64,000 nt of DNA, taken from NCBI GenBank assembly GCA_050287845.1, contig JBNKCR010000071.1, forward strand, positions 1 to 64,000. Direction: 5' to 3'. Positions 50,975-61,093 of the stretch are shown piece by piece. Made by a program: the position numbers and the translations under genes. Position 1 is the first letter of the stretch. Each line of letters opens with the position of its first letter. The notes under the pieces are model-generated. The model was not told the origin of the DNA. It made no database searches and saw nothing but the letters and a program-made list of their open reading frames with translations. The DNA is from Polyangia bacterium. GTDB lineage: Bacteria; Myxococcota_A; Polyangia; JAAYKL01.

Positions 50975-53026
50975 TCAGTTTTTAAAAGTTCGCTTGATTT
51001 CGTTTCGCAACCGTTTGAACGGACTCTTTTTACTTTTTCCCGACCCTGTGTTTTTCTTTCCTGTTCCTGAAGACTTCTTTTTTTTTGGAGTGGCTTTTCC
51101 CGATTTGGTCGATTTTTTCTGTCTGGCCCCTCCTTTGGCGGTTGACCCTTTCCCGCCGGCATTTTTGGGTTTTGTCTGTTTCGAGCGGGCAACATTTTTC
51201 TGGGGTGACTTTGTTGTCCTGTTCGACTTTTTCCGGGTAGCCCTGGATTCACTTTTGCCGGCAGATGAGGGGGTTGCAGCATCTGGCACACTTGTCTGAT
51301 GGGGCTGGGAGCGAACCTCTTCGGCTGGCGGCGTCGGAGACGGGGTGTCGCCGGGCTCTTCGGCAGCGGCCGAAGGTGTCTCCTCAGATGTTTTTTCCGG
51401 GGATTCAGATTCCGGGGAGGGTGGTTCCTCCCGGGAAGCAGCCGGAACAGGAGGCGTATCGCTGTTGTCGTCCCGACTTTTTTTCTCCGACGCCGGTTGT
51501 TGTTCAATGAACTCCGCTTTTCTGCCGCCGGGAACGTATTTGATTTGCATGTTTTCTGATGGAATCACGACAAATCGCATGCGGGTGCGGCTTTTGTTTT
51601 CGACCCGAATGGGGGTCCATTTGTTGCCGCGTTCCACTTCGAATGGATTTTCGTCCACCGGCTCATTGTCGTAATACACTGTGGCGCTGTCGGGCAGTCC
51701 AACGATTTCTACCCTGATTTTGCCATCGTCCACGGCACAGAGCCCCACCAGAAAAACGATGCAGAATGACAGAATGGCAGTGACAATTCGGAATCGCGTT
51801 TTGTGCGGACTGTTGAACAAGGCGTACTTGCCGGTATCTTTTGCTGTTTTCAGCTTTCCGGGAAGCTCCTTGACCACCAGTCTGGTCTGACCTCTGGCAA
51901 TATCCATCAGTGTCGTTACTTTGGCCATCAGACTGTTGAATCGAAGGGCCACCGTATCTTCGTTCTTCTCTGACTTCAATTCGGGAGGAGTGCTCCTGAG
52001 GATGGTCTTTGCCGCAAGTTCACTGTTCTGCTGGGCGAGATCCGAAAGTATTTCGTTGGCATCCCGCTGGCTGTACCCCATGTCGAGATGGGGCGGAATG
52101 CTCTTCTGACTGGAGGCCATGGCAATCAGCGCGGGCAATCTGGCAATGCCTTCATTCCGGGATTTTTCCGTACATAACCCCAGGACGGCTTCCAGCATCT
52201 CCTCCGCATTTCCGTATCGATCTGCCGGATTTTTTGAAATTGCTTTTTTGATGACCGGCCACGCATTCATGGGAAAGCCACCGTAGACATCTTTGGGATG
52301 CCTGGGATTTGTGGTCAGAATATTGGCCAGCAGCGCCGTGTACTGTTGCCCCTCATAAGGGGTGTCACCGCTCAGCATTTCATACAGAATGATGCCGGCG
52401 GCGTATATATCCGTCAGATGATTGATGTCGTCGAGTCCTCTGACCTGTTCAGGGGACATGTAGGCCGGCGTTCCCAGCGTGGTGCCTTCCTGGGTCAGTT
52501 TGGTGACCTGCTGGTCCTGAATTTTTGAGATGCCAAAATCGATGAGTTTGATCTGTATATCATCGTTGCTGTCATTGGGCTGATTCAGAAAAATATTTTC
52601 GGGTTTCAAATCCCGGTGCACCACGCCTTTTTCATGGGCAGCGCCGATGGCGTGGAGAGTGGCTTCGAGGACAGCACAGGCCGTTGGTAAATCGAGCTGC
52701 CGTTTAAGCGTAATGATTTCATCCAGACCGGCGCCTCTGAGGTATTCCATGACCATGAATGGTTCCCCAGTCGGCAGTGCGCCCAAATCCAATATATCGA
52801 TCACATTCTGATGACTGATGGCAACTGCGGCCTGTGCCTCCCGGATAAATCGATGGACCACCTCTTCATTGCCGGTCAGCTCACTGTGCAGGATTTTAAC
52901 GGCCACCATCTTTCCCATGGTGACGTGCTGTCCCGAATACACTGAACCCATTCCGCCTTCACCGAGTTTTTTGGTGAGCAGATATTTCCCGTCCAGAAGT
53001 TGTCCTTTAAAATCCGCGCTACTCAT
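50975..53026 (-). CDS. Hanks-type Ser/Thr protein kinase with TM and Pro/Lys-rich extracytoplasmic tail
   Basis: LGEGGMG, VAVK, HRDLKPEN, DFG, GTPAYMSPE; TM at ~aa 415-432. Confidence 0.95.
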   Translation of the reverse strand: MSSADFKGQLLDGKYLLTKKLGEGGMGSVYSGQHVTMGKMVAVKILHSELTGNEEVVHRFIREAQAAVAISHQNVIDILDLGALPTGEPFMVMEYLRGAGLDEIITLKRQLDLPTACAVLEATLHAIGAAHEKGVVHRDLKPENIFLNQPNDSNDDIQIKLIDFGISKIQDQQVTKLTQEGTTLGTPAYMSPEQVRGLDDINHLTDIYAAGIILYEMLSGDTPYEGQQYTALLANILTTNPRHPKDVYGGFPMNAWPVIKKAISKNPADRYGNAEEMLEAVLGLCTEKSRNEGIARLPALIAMASSQKSIPPHLDMGYSQRDANEILSDLAQQNSELAAKTILRSTPPELKSEKNEDTVALRFNSLMAKVTTLMDIARGQTRLVVKELPGKLKTAKDTGKYALFNSPHKTRFRIVTAILSFCIVFLVGLCAVDDGKIRVEIVGLPDSATVYYDNEPVDENPFEVERGNKWTPIRVENKSRTRMRFVVIPSENMQIKYVPGGRKAEFIEQQPASEKKSRDDNSDTPPVPAASREEPPSPESESPEKTSEETPSAAAEEPGDTPSPTPPAEEVRSQPHQTSVPDAATPSSAGKSESRATRKKSNRTTKSPQKNVARSKQTKPKNAGGKGSTAKGGARQKKSTKSGKATPKKKKSSGTGKKNTGSGKSKKSPFKRLRNEIKRTFKN

Positions 53027-53432
53027 GGCGGCGATAATAGCTACTTATGCGGCGCATTGAAACTGTGAGTCTGTTTTTATTTTATGTCCCATCCCGTTTC
53101 AATACGCAATTTTGGTCATTTACTTAAGAAAAAACTTTGTAAAACGCTGTATTTTGCTGCACTGGTTTTTTCATTGTATTGCCAGGATGCTGATGCCATT
53201 CGAGCCGACCGGCGCGATGGGGTGTGAAATGGGGCCTGGAAATTCTGTTGGCATTGGTTTTTCAATATATCTCCGTCCGCGGTGTTTTTTTGTATAACGG
53301 ATTGCAAAGAAATTGGGGGAAACGTAAGATCCTGTTGGACTTTTTTTATTTTCTCGCTGATTGTCACGACCTGTATCGGCCGCTTGCCGTTGCAGAAGGA
53401 TGCGAGCGATAATTATTAAACGGAGGATGCAT

Positions 53433-54335
53433 ATGAAACGATGGATGATGTTTTTGGTGGTGGCGGGGGTATTTTTGGGTTGCAGAGACAATTCACCCTG
53501 TCCGGACGGGACCAGGCGAGTGGGTGATCCCCCGCCGGCCGATCGCGAACAGTGGTGTGTGAAAAATGGAGATACCAAAGAGGGACCATACATGTCCTGG
53601 TATCCCAATGGCGATAAGAAAGAAGAAGGGGCGTTCAGGGACGGAAAGAAGGATGGGAAATGGGTGCGGTACCACAAAAACGGTAAAAAAGTGCGGGAGA
53701 CCAACTACGAAAAGGGCGATAAAGTTGGCGAATTTATCAAATGGGACAAAAATGGTCAGATGGTGGAACGGGGCAGTTACAGCCATGGTGCCCGGGTTGG
53801 GGAGTGGAAGGAATGGCACAGGAACGGCAAACTCAGGTCCCGGGGAAAATGGGAGAATGGAAAAAAAGAGGGTCCCTGGACGTACTGGTTTGATAATGGA
53901 AAGAAAAAAACCGAAGCTTTCATGAAGTCCGGCAAAAAGCAGGGAAAACATACCGAATGGCATGCCAATGGACAGAAGCGGATGGAGGGGCAGCGAAACA
54001 GGGGGAAATTCGAGGGAACCTGGACCGCATGGTATGACAACGGAAAAACCAAGGATATTGGACAGTGGAAGAACGGCAAAGGCGAGGGCGACTGGAAATG
54101 GTTTGACAAAAGCGGAAAGCTCACGAGGACCGGTGCATATCGGCTGGGAAAACGCCATGGCGTGTGGACCGACTATGATAAAAATGGCAATCCCGAGAAG
54201 ATCACTCATTATAAAAATGGCAATGTTGTAAAAGAAGAGGTGGTGACCGCACCGGCAAATGATACAGACAGCTCCGCCACCACCCCGGAAACCACCCCGG
54301 ACGCTCCTGCACCAAAGAAACCGGAAACGAAATAA
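53433..54335 (+). CDS. MORN-variant repeat (YwqK-like) lipoprotein
   Basis: GGAGG-N6-ATG; FLGC lipobox; repeated 'GxWxxWyxNGxkk.EG.y..G' units. Confidence 0.88.
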   Translation: MKRWMMFLVVAGVFLGCRDNSPCPDGTRRVGDPPPADREQWCVKNGDTKEGPYMSWYPNGDKKEEGAFRDGKKDGKWVRYHKNGKKVRETNYEKGDKVGEFIKWDKNGQMVERGSYSHGARVGEWKEWHRNGKLRSRGKWENGKKEGPWTYWFDNGKKKTEAFMKSGKKQGKHTEWHANGQKRMEGQRNRGKFEGTWTAWYDNGKTKDIGQWKNGKGEGDWKWFDKSGKLTRTGAYRLGKRHGVWTDYDKNGNPEKITHYKNGNVVKEEVVTAPANDTDSSATTPETTPDAPAPKKPETK

Positions 54336-54480
54336 GCGTCACACCGGGCTTCCCGCTGCGATCCGCGGCCTCGATTGCACATCATTAAAGCAGATTGTTG
54401 CTGGAAATTCAGTAATATTGCAATCCAGCGAAATGTGTCCATAATGTGAGTATTGTTAACCTGGAACGGCTGGAGCGGAT

Positions 54481-55791
54481 ATGGAACAAGAGGTCAAGTT
54501 AAACACCAGACACAAGGCTCTTCACATCAACCTGGATCATAGAATTTACGGTTCATTCGCTGAAATTGGTGCCGGTCAGGAGGTCGCCCGGCAGTTTTTT
54601 CGGGCAGGAGGCGCTTCCGGAACCATTGCCCGCTCGCTTTCGGCTTATGATATGCAGGAGAGCGATGCCATTTACGGCGTGGAGAAATCCGGTCGATACG
54701 TGGCGCGTGCCCGTCTTGAAAGCATGTTGCAGACCGAATATTCCCTCACGGTGGAACGCATTAAAAGCTATCGACCACCAGATACCACTTTTTTTGCCTT
54801 TGCCAATACCGTCGCTGCCAAAGCTTATAAATCGAAACGCGATTCTCATGGTTGGCTGGGCATACAGTTTCAGCATCAGGCTGGCGCGGCGCCGAGTAAA
54901 ATTGTACTCCACGTGCGGATGCTGGACGAAGACAACAAGGACCAGCAGGCCGCACTGGGCATTCTGGGGGTGAATCTCATTTTTGCGGCGTATAATTTCT
55001 GGAAATCCCCGGAGACGTTCATCGATAGCCTGTTTGAGGATTTGACCCTGAATCGTCTTGAAATTAACTTTATAGATTTTGATGGCCCGGCGTTCACCAA
55101 CGTGAATAATTCGGAATTGAATATTCGGCTGGTGACATCCCAGTTGGGGCCGGTGGTGATTTTTGACACTGACGGAATGCCGGTGGAGCCATCGGAGCTG
55201 CTGTATAAGAAACATGTGGTTGTATTGCGAGGAACATTCAGGCCGTTTCTGGACCTGCATGCAGATATGATTGCCCGGGGATTGGCATCATTCACCGAGA
55301 GCATGGGATTGAAATCCACGGACGTTGTCTGTCTCTGTGAGATGAATACATCCAGATACATTGCGGACGGCAGTGACGACATTTCAGATATGGAAGAACG
55401 AATTACCCGTATCACTCATCTGGGTTTCAACGTGATGGTAACATCATTTTACCGCTATTTTCGATTGAGTAGGTACCTGACCCGATATGATCCCCAGCGA
55501 AAGGTTGGCTTCATATTGTCGGTGGAGAATATTCTGATGATTCTCGATGACAAGTATTACGCAGGTATGCAGGGGCAGGGGGGGATGCTGGAGGCCATGG
55601 GAAAGCTGTTCGCCTCCGGTGCGCAACTGATGGTGTATCCGAATATGACCGCAGAGGGTGCGGTAATCACTGCCGAAACGGTCATCGTGCCGGACAAATA
55701 CAAATTTCTGTACAAACATCTGTTGTACAATAAACGGGTGGTGCCTCTGTTCCCCAACGCGGACTGCCTCACACCGCTGCCGTCCAGATAG
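54481..55791 (+). CDS. Conserved cytoplasmic protein, putative CinA/PncC-like plus nucleotidyltransferase-like fusion
   Basis: KAL.INLD..IYGSFAEIGAGQEVAR.FF..GGASGT, HGWLGI.FQ, QQ.ALGILGVNL, LRGTFRP....H; no signal peptide. Function is inferred. Confidence 0.7.
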   Translation: MEQEVKLNTRHKALHINLDHRIYGSFAEIGAGQEVARQFFRAGGASGTIARSLSAYDMQESDAIYGVEKSGRYVARARLESMLQTEYSLTVERIKSYRPPDTTFFAFANTVAAKAYKSKRDSHGWLGIQFQHQAGAAPSKIVLHVRMLDEDNKDQQAALGILGVNLIFAAYNFWKSPETFIDSLFEDLTLNRLEINFIDFDGPAFTNVNNSELNIRLVTSQLGPVVIFDTDGMPVEPSELLYKKHVVVLRGTFRPFLDLHADMIARGLASFTESMGLKSTDVVCLCEMNTSRYIADGSDDISDMEERITRITHLGFNVMVTSFYRYFRLSRYLTRYDPQRKVGFILSVENILMILDDKYYAGMQGQGGMLEAMGKLFASGAQLMVYPNMTAEGAVITAETVIVPDKYKFLYKHLLYNKRVVPLFPNADCLTPLPSR

Positions 55792-55815
55792 CGGCGCTCG
55801 CATCATCCCGAAAAT

Positions 55816-56574
55816 TCAGCTGGCGAAAATTCGAACCACGTGGACCGGTTCCATTTCAGGCATCGGTGCAATGTTTTTGCTGGCGACTGCGCTATAAATC
55901 GCAAAGCCGGCTTCCTTCAATTCTTCAATAAGTGTCGGCACGTGCAGATAGCGCCGGTAGTGGTCGCCTTCCCACAATGCCATGTGGGCGAAAGCATCAC
56001 TGTCAATATTATCTGTGGTGAGCGCTTCGATGGCGAAAATGTGCTTGTCAAATACCATATCGCGCACGTTCTGAAACAGGATGCGCTGGGCCGCGTCGTC
56101 TATCGAGTGCAGGGAATATCGCGAATAGGCATGGGTGGCTAACGGGGAGCGGAATCGGGTGAAATCGCCCTGGTGCGTCTCCACGGATACCCGGGTCTGA
56201 CGGGCGTTTCGATTCAACAGCATCAGTGCTGCGGTCGACAGATCAATGGCGGTTACTCTGAATCCGTTGTGGGCGAGAAATATCGAATCTCTGCCGTTGC
56301 CGCATCCCAGGTCAGCGATTCGGGTGCGTTTGCGCCGGAGCACCGTGTTTACACAATACACGCAAAAATCGCTGGGCATGTTGTGCTGGTTGACATCGGG
56401 TGCTTCGCTGTAATACCGATTCCAGTATAAAGTGGCGATGCTTCCGGGGTCCTGGGGGACCGGCATAATGGGTGCAACGATTTCGTTGCTGACGAATCCG
56501 CTGTTCTGTATCATTCCCTGCTCCTGTCCGTTGAACAAAGTGAGTATCGCCCTTCCCTCCAGAGGCGATCTCAA
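55816..56574 (-). CDS. Class I SAM-dependent methyltransferase
   Basis: DLGCGNGRD, AIDLS, YSRYSLHSI, HYRRY; true start probably downstream of 56574. Confidence 0.88.
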   Translation of the reverse strand: MRSPLEGRAILTLFNGQEQGMIQNSGFVSNEIVAPIMPVPQDPGSIATLYWNRYYSEAPDVNQHNMPSDFCVYCVNTVLRRKRTRIADLGCGNGRDSIFLAHNGFRVTAIDLSTAALMLLNRNARQTRVSVETHQGDFTRFRSPLATHAYSRYSLHSIDDAAQRILFQNVRDMVFDKHIFAIEALTTDNIDSDAFAHMALWEGDHYRRYLHVPTLIEELKEAGFAIYSAVASKNIAPMPEMEPVHVVRIFAS

Positions 56575-56712
56575 CGGTCACTTTATTTGTATCGACAGGG
56601 GAGGGTAAAATTTAAGCGGGAAGTTCGGTTTCAGTATTATTAACGATTTTTTTCGCAAAACGATGGTTTGATACGATGGGGGATGGCATAAAATCGTGTA
56701 TATTGTTTCCAT

Positions 56713-57507
56713 ATGACACTGCCAGTGAATCAGATTGGATTGAAGCTGTGGGCGCCCAACGTGAGCGGATACCTGACAGAAGCGCGTCGTCTGTACGGGG
56801 TGAAACAACTGGACTATGTGGAGCTGTACACCTCTCCCGATTGTGCTTCGTACCTCCCCCGGTGGAAAACGGCCAGCCTGCCCTACATGATTCACTGTGC
56901 TCATTCACTGCACGGATTCAATCTGAGCGACCCCTCAGCCACAGGCGATAATCGAAAACTGTTTGCAGAGGCGGTCATTTTTTTTCGGGAACTGGACGCC
57001 ATGGGGATTATTGTCCATCCGGGCATTCTGGGACAGGCGACGGAAACAGTGTCACAACTGCAGAAGCTGATGAAGGAGTTCGGGATTCCGCCCCATCAGA
57101 TATGGGTGGAAAACAAGCCGTTCATCAACCTGAATCATCAGCCTTGTGTGGGGGGCAGTCCGGAATCCATGGCATGGATTAAAAAAGAGTGCGAAACGGA
57201 GATGGTGCTCGATGTGGGACACGCCATCAAGTATGCCATCGGGGCCGGACGCGACTGGCAGCCGGTGTTGCATCAGATGATGACCCTGGCACCAAAGATG
57301 CTTCATGTGAGCGACGCAAAGATGAGTCATCCGCTGGATGAGCACCTGCATTTTGGTATGGGGGAGTTCGATTTTGATACTATTTTCAGCATCTGCGATG
57401 CCCCGTATATCTCCATTGAAACCATCAAGGACCTTCCGGAACGACTGGACGACTTCGTGAATGACGTGGTTTTTTTAAAACGCACGCTGGCGTGCAGGAA
57501 ATTATGA
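56713..57507 (+). CDS. TIM-barrel protein, AP-endonuclease-2/xylose-isomerase-like
   Basis: VELY, IHCAH, VHPG, VENKP, LDVGHA, HVSD, HLHFG.G, IET metal-ligand pattern. Confidence 0.85.
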   Translation: MTLPVNQIGLKLWAPNVSGYLTEARRLYGVKQLDYVELYTSPDCASYLPRWKTASLPYMIHCAHSLHGFNLSDPSATGDNRKLFAEAVIFFRELDAMGIIVHPGILGQATETVSQLQKLMKEFGIPPHQIWVENKPFINLNHQPCVGGSPESMAWIKKECETEMVLDVGHAIKYAIGAGRDWQPVLHQMMTLAPKMLHVSDAKMSHPLDEHLHFGMGEFDFDTIFSICDAPYISIETIKDLPERLDDFVNDVVFLKRTLACRKL

Positions 57508-57720
57508 CACGCTGAAAAAACGGGAGCTGGTGCCCCCTTTGCCAATGCGGATGCGAATTTTCCGGAAACACCCGGGGCAGTGGCCCTCGTACGCGGTCCC
57601 TTCTTTATTTTTATAAATCCGGCTGTAAATGTGGCAACACTCGAACATGATACCCAGAAATTGTCTGGGTTGTTTCGAGTCTTTTGACGCATGTCTGTTT
57701 TTTACATCATCGTAATGCAT
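57502..57720 (-). CDS. Small conserved Cys-rich (putative Zn-binding) protein
   Basis: FLGIMFECCHIYSRIY.N..GTAYEGHCPGC...GGTSSRFF; start at 57720 or 57744. Confidence 0.72.
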   Translation of the reverse strand: MHYDDVKNRHASKDSKQPRQFLGIMFECCHIYSRIYKNKEGTAYEGHCPGCFRKIRIRIGKGGTSSRFFSVS

Positions 57721-57925
57721 GGCGACGGTGGAAACCTCTCTCATGATTTATAATCGGCAATTCAATAGCGATGTTTAGCGGGCAAGGTCGAAAACGACCT
57801 GTTGGTGCAAAATGACCTGGAAATGGGTTGGGCTCGTGGCTCGCACGGGTGTTCTGTGCTAAAAAAATCAGAACAGGCATGATATTTTGAATCCGCAAAT
57901 CTTTGCCCTGACAAGGAGGCCTGCC

Positions 57926-58654
57926 ATCAACATCTGTATCATACCTGCCAGAGGGGGAAGTAAACGTATTCCCCATAAAAACATTCGGCCATTCTGCAAT
58001 CGGCCGATTGTTCAATACACCATTGATGCGGCATTGGCGTGTGGTTGTTTCAAACGGGTGATTGTGTCAACCGATGACGTGAATATCAAGGCCGTGGCAG
58101 CGGGTGCAGGCGCAGAAGTTCCATTTGATCGCCCAGAAGCATTGGCGGATGATCATTCGACTGTGCTGACATCTGTAAAGCATGCCATCGAGTGGCTGAA
58201 GACAGAGGGGCAGACCCCCGACTATGTGTGTATGGTGTATGCTACTGCGCCATTTCTTACCGGATCGGTTCTTCAACAGTCATATGACCAGCTGCGAGTC
58301 ACTGGCAAAAAGGTGTATTGCCTCGGGGTAACCGAATTCAGATATCCCATTCAACGGGCAGTGTACAAAACCCGGGATGGTGGCATTCGAATGTTTCAAC
58401 CGGAACATTTCATTTCAAGGTCTCAGGATCTTGTGAAGGCATATCACGACGCCGGACAGTTTCTGTGGGGAACAGCTGAGGCATTTCTACAGGAGCTGCC
58501 GGTGTTTGAAGCGCATACTATCCCGTTCATGCTGCCTTCGTATCAGGTACAGGATATTGATACCGAGGACGATTGGATTCGGGCGGAGATGATGTATCAG
58601 ATTTTAAATTCGCCGCCAACGGTACAACTTTCAAATGGAATCGAGGAAAAATGA
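57926..58654 (+). CDS. pseF: Pseudaminic acid cytidylyltransferase (probable ATC start; track start is TTG 57887)
   Basis: NICIIPARGGSKRIPHKNI, VSTDD, RP..LADD, YATAPF, YPIQRA, RSQDL, YHDAGQF, DIDTEDDW. Confidence 0.9.
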   Translation: MNICIIPARGGSKRIPHKNIRPFCNRPIVQYTIDAALACGCFKRVIVSTDDVNIKAVAAGAGAEVPFDRPEALADDHSTVLTSVKHAIEWLKTEGQTPDYVCMVYATAPFLTGSVLQQSYDQLRVTGKKVYCLGVTEFRYPIQRAVYKTRDGGIRMFQPEHFISRSQDLVKAYHDAGQFLWGTAEAFLQELPVFEAHTIPFMLPSYQVQDIDTEDDWIRAEMMYQILNSPPTVQLSNGIEEK

Positions 58655-59706
58655 TGTCGATTCAGATTGCCAATTTTCAGATAGGTATCAACAGGCGACC
58701 TTTCATCGTTGCTGAAATGTCGGCCAATCACAAAGGATCGCTCAATCGCGCGCTGCAACTGGTGGATGCAGCCGCTGATGCAGGGGTTCACGCACTGAAG
58801 CTGCAGACTTACACCGCGGACACCATGACACTGAATATCAGTGACGGCGAATTCTTCATCGATAATCCACACAGCCTCTGGCGCGGGCGTTCTCTTTACA
58901 ATCTCTATCAGGAAGCGGCGACTCCCTGGGAATGGCACAAGCCAATATTTGAAAGATGCCAGGAACGAGGCATTGTGGGGTTCAGTACGCCTTTCGATGC
59001 GAGTGCGGTTGATTTTCTGGAAACGCTCGATGTTCCTGTTTACAAGATTGCGGGGTTTGAAAATGCGGACCTGCCGCTGATTCGCAAGGTGGCCGCCACG
59101 GGGAAACCGGTGATTATTTCCACCGGAATGGCCACCCTCGCCGAGCTGGATGAAACAGTGCGCGAAGCCAGAATCGCGGGATGTGAAAATCTGATATTGC
59201 TCAAGTGCACAAGCACTTATCCCGCGAGTCCCACGGAAAGCAATCTTCGAACCATTCCCCACATGCGTCAGCTCTTCAATGTGGAAATGGGACTGTCCGA
59301 TCATACACTGGGAATTGGTGTTGCGCTGGCATCCGTGGCCATGGGAGCAACCGTAATCGAAAAACATTTCACTCTTTCAAGAAGCGATGGTGCGGTGGAC
59401 TCCACGTTTTCCATGGAGCCCGGCGAAATGGAACAACTGGTAATCGAATCCGAACGGGCCTGGCAGTCTCTCGGACAGGTCAACTATGGACCAACTGAAA
59501 ATGAGAAGGCATCATTGGCACATAGAAGATCGCTGTATGTGGTGACTCCTATCCGGAAAGGGGAACAATTTACTTCTGAAAATATCCGGGTCATCAGGCC
59601 GGGGAACGGATTACCGCCAAAGTACCTGGAAGTGGTTCTGGGTATGTGCGCAACCAGGGACATGAAAGCGGGTACACCGGTAACGTGGGAATCGATTTCA
59701 CAGTGA
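58651..59706 (+). CDS. pseI: Pseudaminic acid synthase
   Basis: IVAEMSANH, KLQTYTADT, TPWEWH, STPFD, LKCTSTYP, GLSDHT, EKHFTL, C-terminal SAF domain (IRPGNGLPPK); ATGA coupling to pseF. Confidence 0.94.
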   Translation: MMSIQIANFQIGINRRPFIVAEMSANHKGSLNRALQLVDAAADAGVHALKLQTYTADTMTLNISDGEFFIDNPHSLWRGRSLYNLYQEAATPWEWHKPIFERCQERGIVGFSTPFDASAVDFLETLDVPVYKIAGFENADLPLIRKVAATGKPVIISTGMATLAELDETVREARIAGCENLILLKCTSTYPASPTESNLRTIPHMRQLFNVEMGLSDHTLGIGVALASVAMGATVIEKHFTLSRSDGAVDSTFSMEPGEMEQLVIESERAWQSLGQVNYGPTENEKASLAHRRSLYVVTPIRKGEQFTSENIRVIRPGNGLPPKYLEVVLGMCATRDMKAGTPVTWESISQ

Positions 59707-59710
59707 AGAC

Positions 59711-61093
59711 ATGAATAGTAGGAACCCAAAGACAGTTGCCGTAAGCTTGATTATCCCCGTTTTCAACGCTGAGAAAACCCTGGAACGTTGCATCCATTCG
59801 GCGCACAGGCAGACGTTGAAGAATATAGAAATTATAATCGTGAATGACGGAAGCACTGATTCGAGCCCAGACATTATCGAACACTGGGCGTCTGTTGACT
59901 CTCGCGTTGTTGTGATGCAACAGGAGAATCAGGGATTGAGTGGTGCCAGAAACACGGGAATTCTCCTTGCCAGGGGAGAATACATTGCATTCATGGATGC
60001 GGATGATGACGCGGAAAGGGAACTGCTGGAATCGCTATTCGTAGAAGCCACAAATTCGCATGCGGATATTGTGGTGGCCTCTACGAGAGAAATCCACTCT
60101 GATTCATCGGTATCTATTATTGCACCTCAAAAATCTTATCCAACTCATTTTGAAAACATACTGCAACCCAACGCCCCGATAGGCGCATGGGCCAAATTGT
60201 ATCGAACTGAATTATTTACTCAAAACGGAATTCAATATCCTTACGGTATGTATTATGAAGACCAGGTCACAACTGTGAAATTGTTTTTCTATGCACATGC
60301 AGTGAAGTACCTTGATAGGCCTCTATACAATTATTATGTATCGTCAGGCAGTATCACCAATAGTCTGAACCGAAAAAAGATTGAAGATGTTTTTGAAATC
60401 GCCAAACAGCTCCACGATTTCATTGAACAAACACCTTTTACAGACAAATTTGGCGCCAATTCGTTCTTTCGATTGATAAAGATGTTGAACATTTATGTGC
60501 TCTCACATCTGCAAACGAATTGTCCGGTTTCACTGGCCAGTGTTCTACTGGAGGAAATGAAGAATTCTCCACTGTTCACCCTGAAAAATTTCAATCGGCT
60601 AAAAGAGAAACACATTGGAATCTACTTCGCTTTCTGGTGTGCCATGATTCAGACCAGGTGGCCCGTCGATTTCACAGCAATTTTGTCTCTTCTCCCGTTG
60701 CCGCTGAAAAACTTTCTTCAGGCTCTCCACCGCAAGTACGAGCAGGTAAACTTCACTGTCGCTTGCGTGGAGTACTTGTCGGCACATTCAATTGATAGAA
60801 TAGTTGTCTATGGGGGAGGGCGAATTTATCAGCAGCTTCGTCCGTGGCTAAAAAAAAACGAAATAGAGGTGGTTGGCATTGTCGACCGGAATGCCAGATT
60901 GTTGGACCTTCCGGCCGAATCAGTTTTGGATATGCAGACAGTTATGGAAAGGTTCGGTACGATTCCGATTCTTGTAAGTAGCATCGCGTATGCCACTGAA
61001 ATTGAGCAGAGAATAAACCATACGGTACAACAAATGAAGACATCAGCCCGGGTAATAACTGTTCACAGCATTATTGAAGATTCGTCGTTCTGA
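59711..61093 (+). CDS. GT2 glycosyltransferase with C-terminal Rossmann-like domain
   Basis: IIPVFN, VNDGSTD, NQGLSGARN, DADD, WAKLY, YED; C-terminal VVYGGG..VDRN. Confidence 0.92.
   Translation: MNSRNPKTVAVSLIIPVFNAEKTLERCIHSAHRQTLKNIEIIIVNDGSTDSSPDIIEHWASVDSRVVVMQQENQGLSGARNTGILLARGEYIAFMDADDDAERELLESLFVEATNSHADIVVASTREIHSDSSVSIIAPQKSYPTHFENILQPNAPIGAWAKLYRTELFTQNGIQYPYGMYYEDQVTTVKLFFYAHAVKYLDRPLYNYYVSSGSITNSLNRKKIEDVFEIAKQLHDFIEQTPFTDKFGANSFFRLIKMLNIYVLSHLQTNCPVSLASVLLEEMKNSPLFTLKNFNRLKEKHIGIYFAFWCAMIQTRWPVDFTAILSLLPLPLKNFLQALHRKYEQVNFTVACVEYLSAHSIDRIVVYGGGRIYQQLRPWLKKNEIEVVGIVDRNARLLDLPAESVLDMQTVMERFGTIPILVSSIAYATEIEQRINHTVQQMKTSARVITVHSIIEDSSF

Noticed and set aside
53433..54335. YwqK-like protein as the antitoxin of a toxin-antitoxin pair
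   Set aside because: No adjacent toxin gene; it is a lipoprotein with generic MORN-variant repeats.
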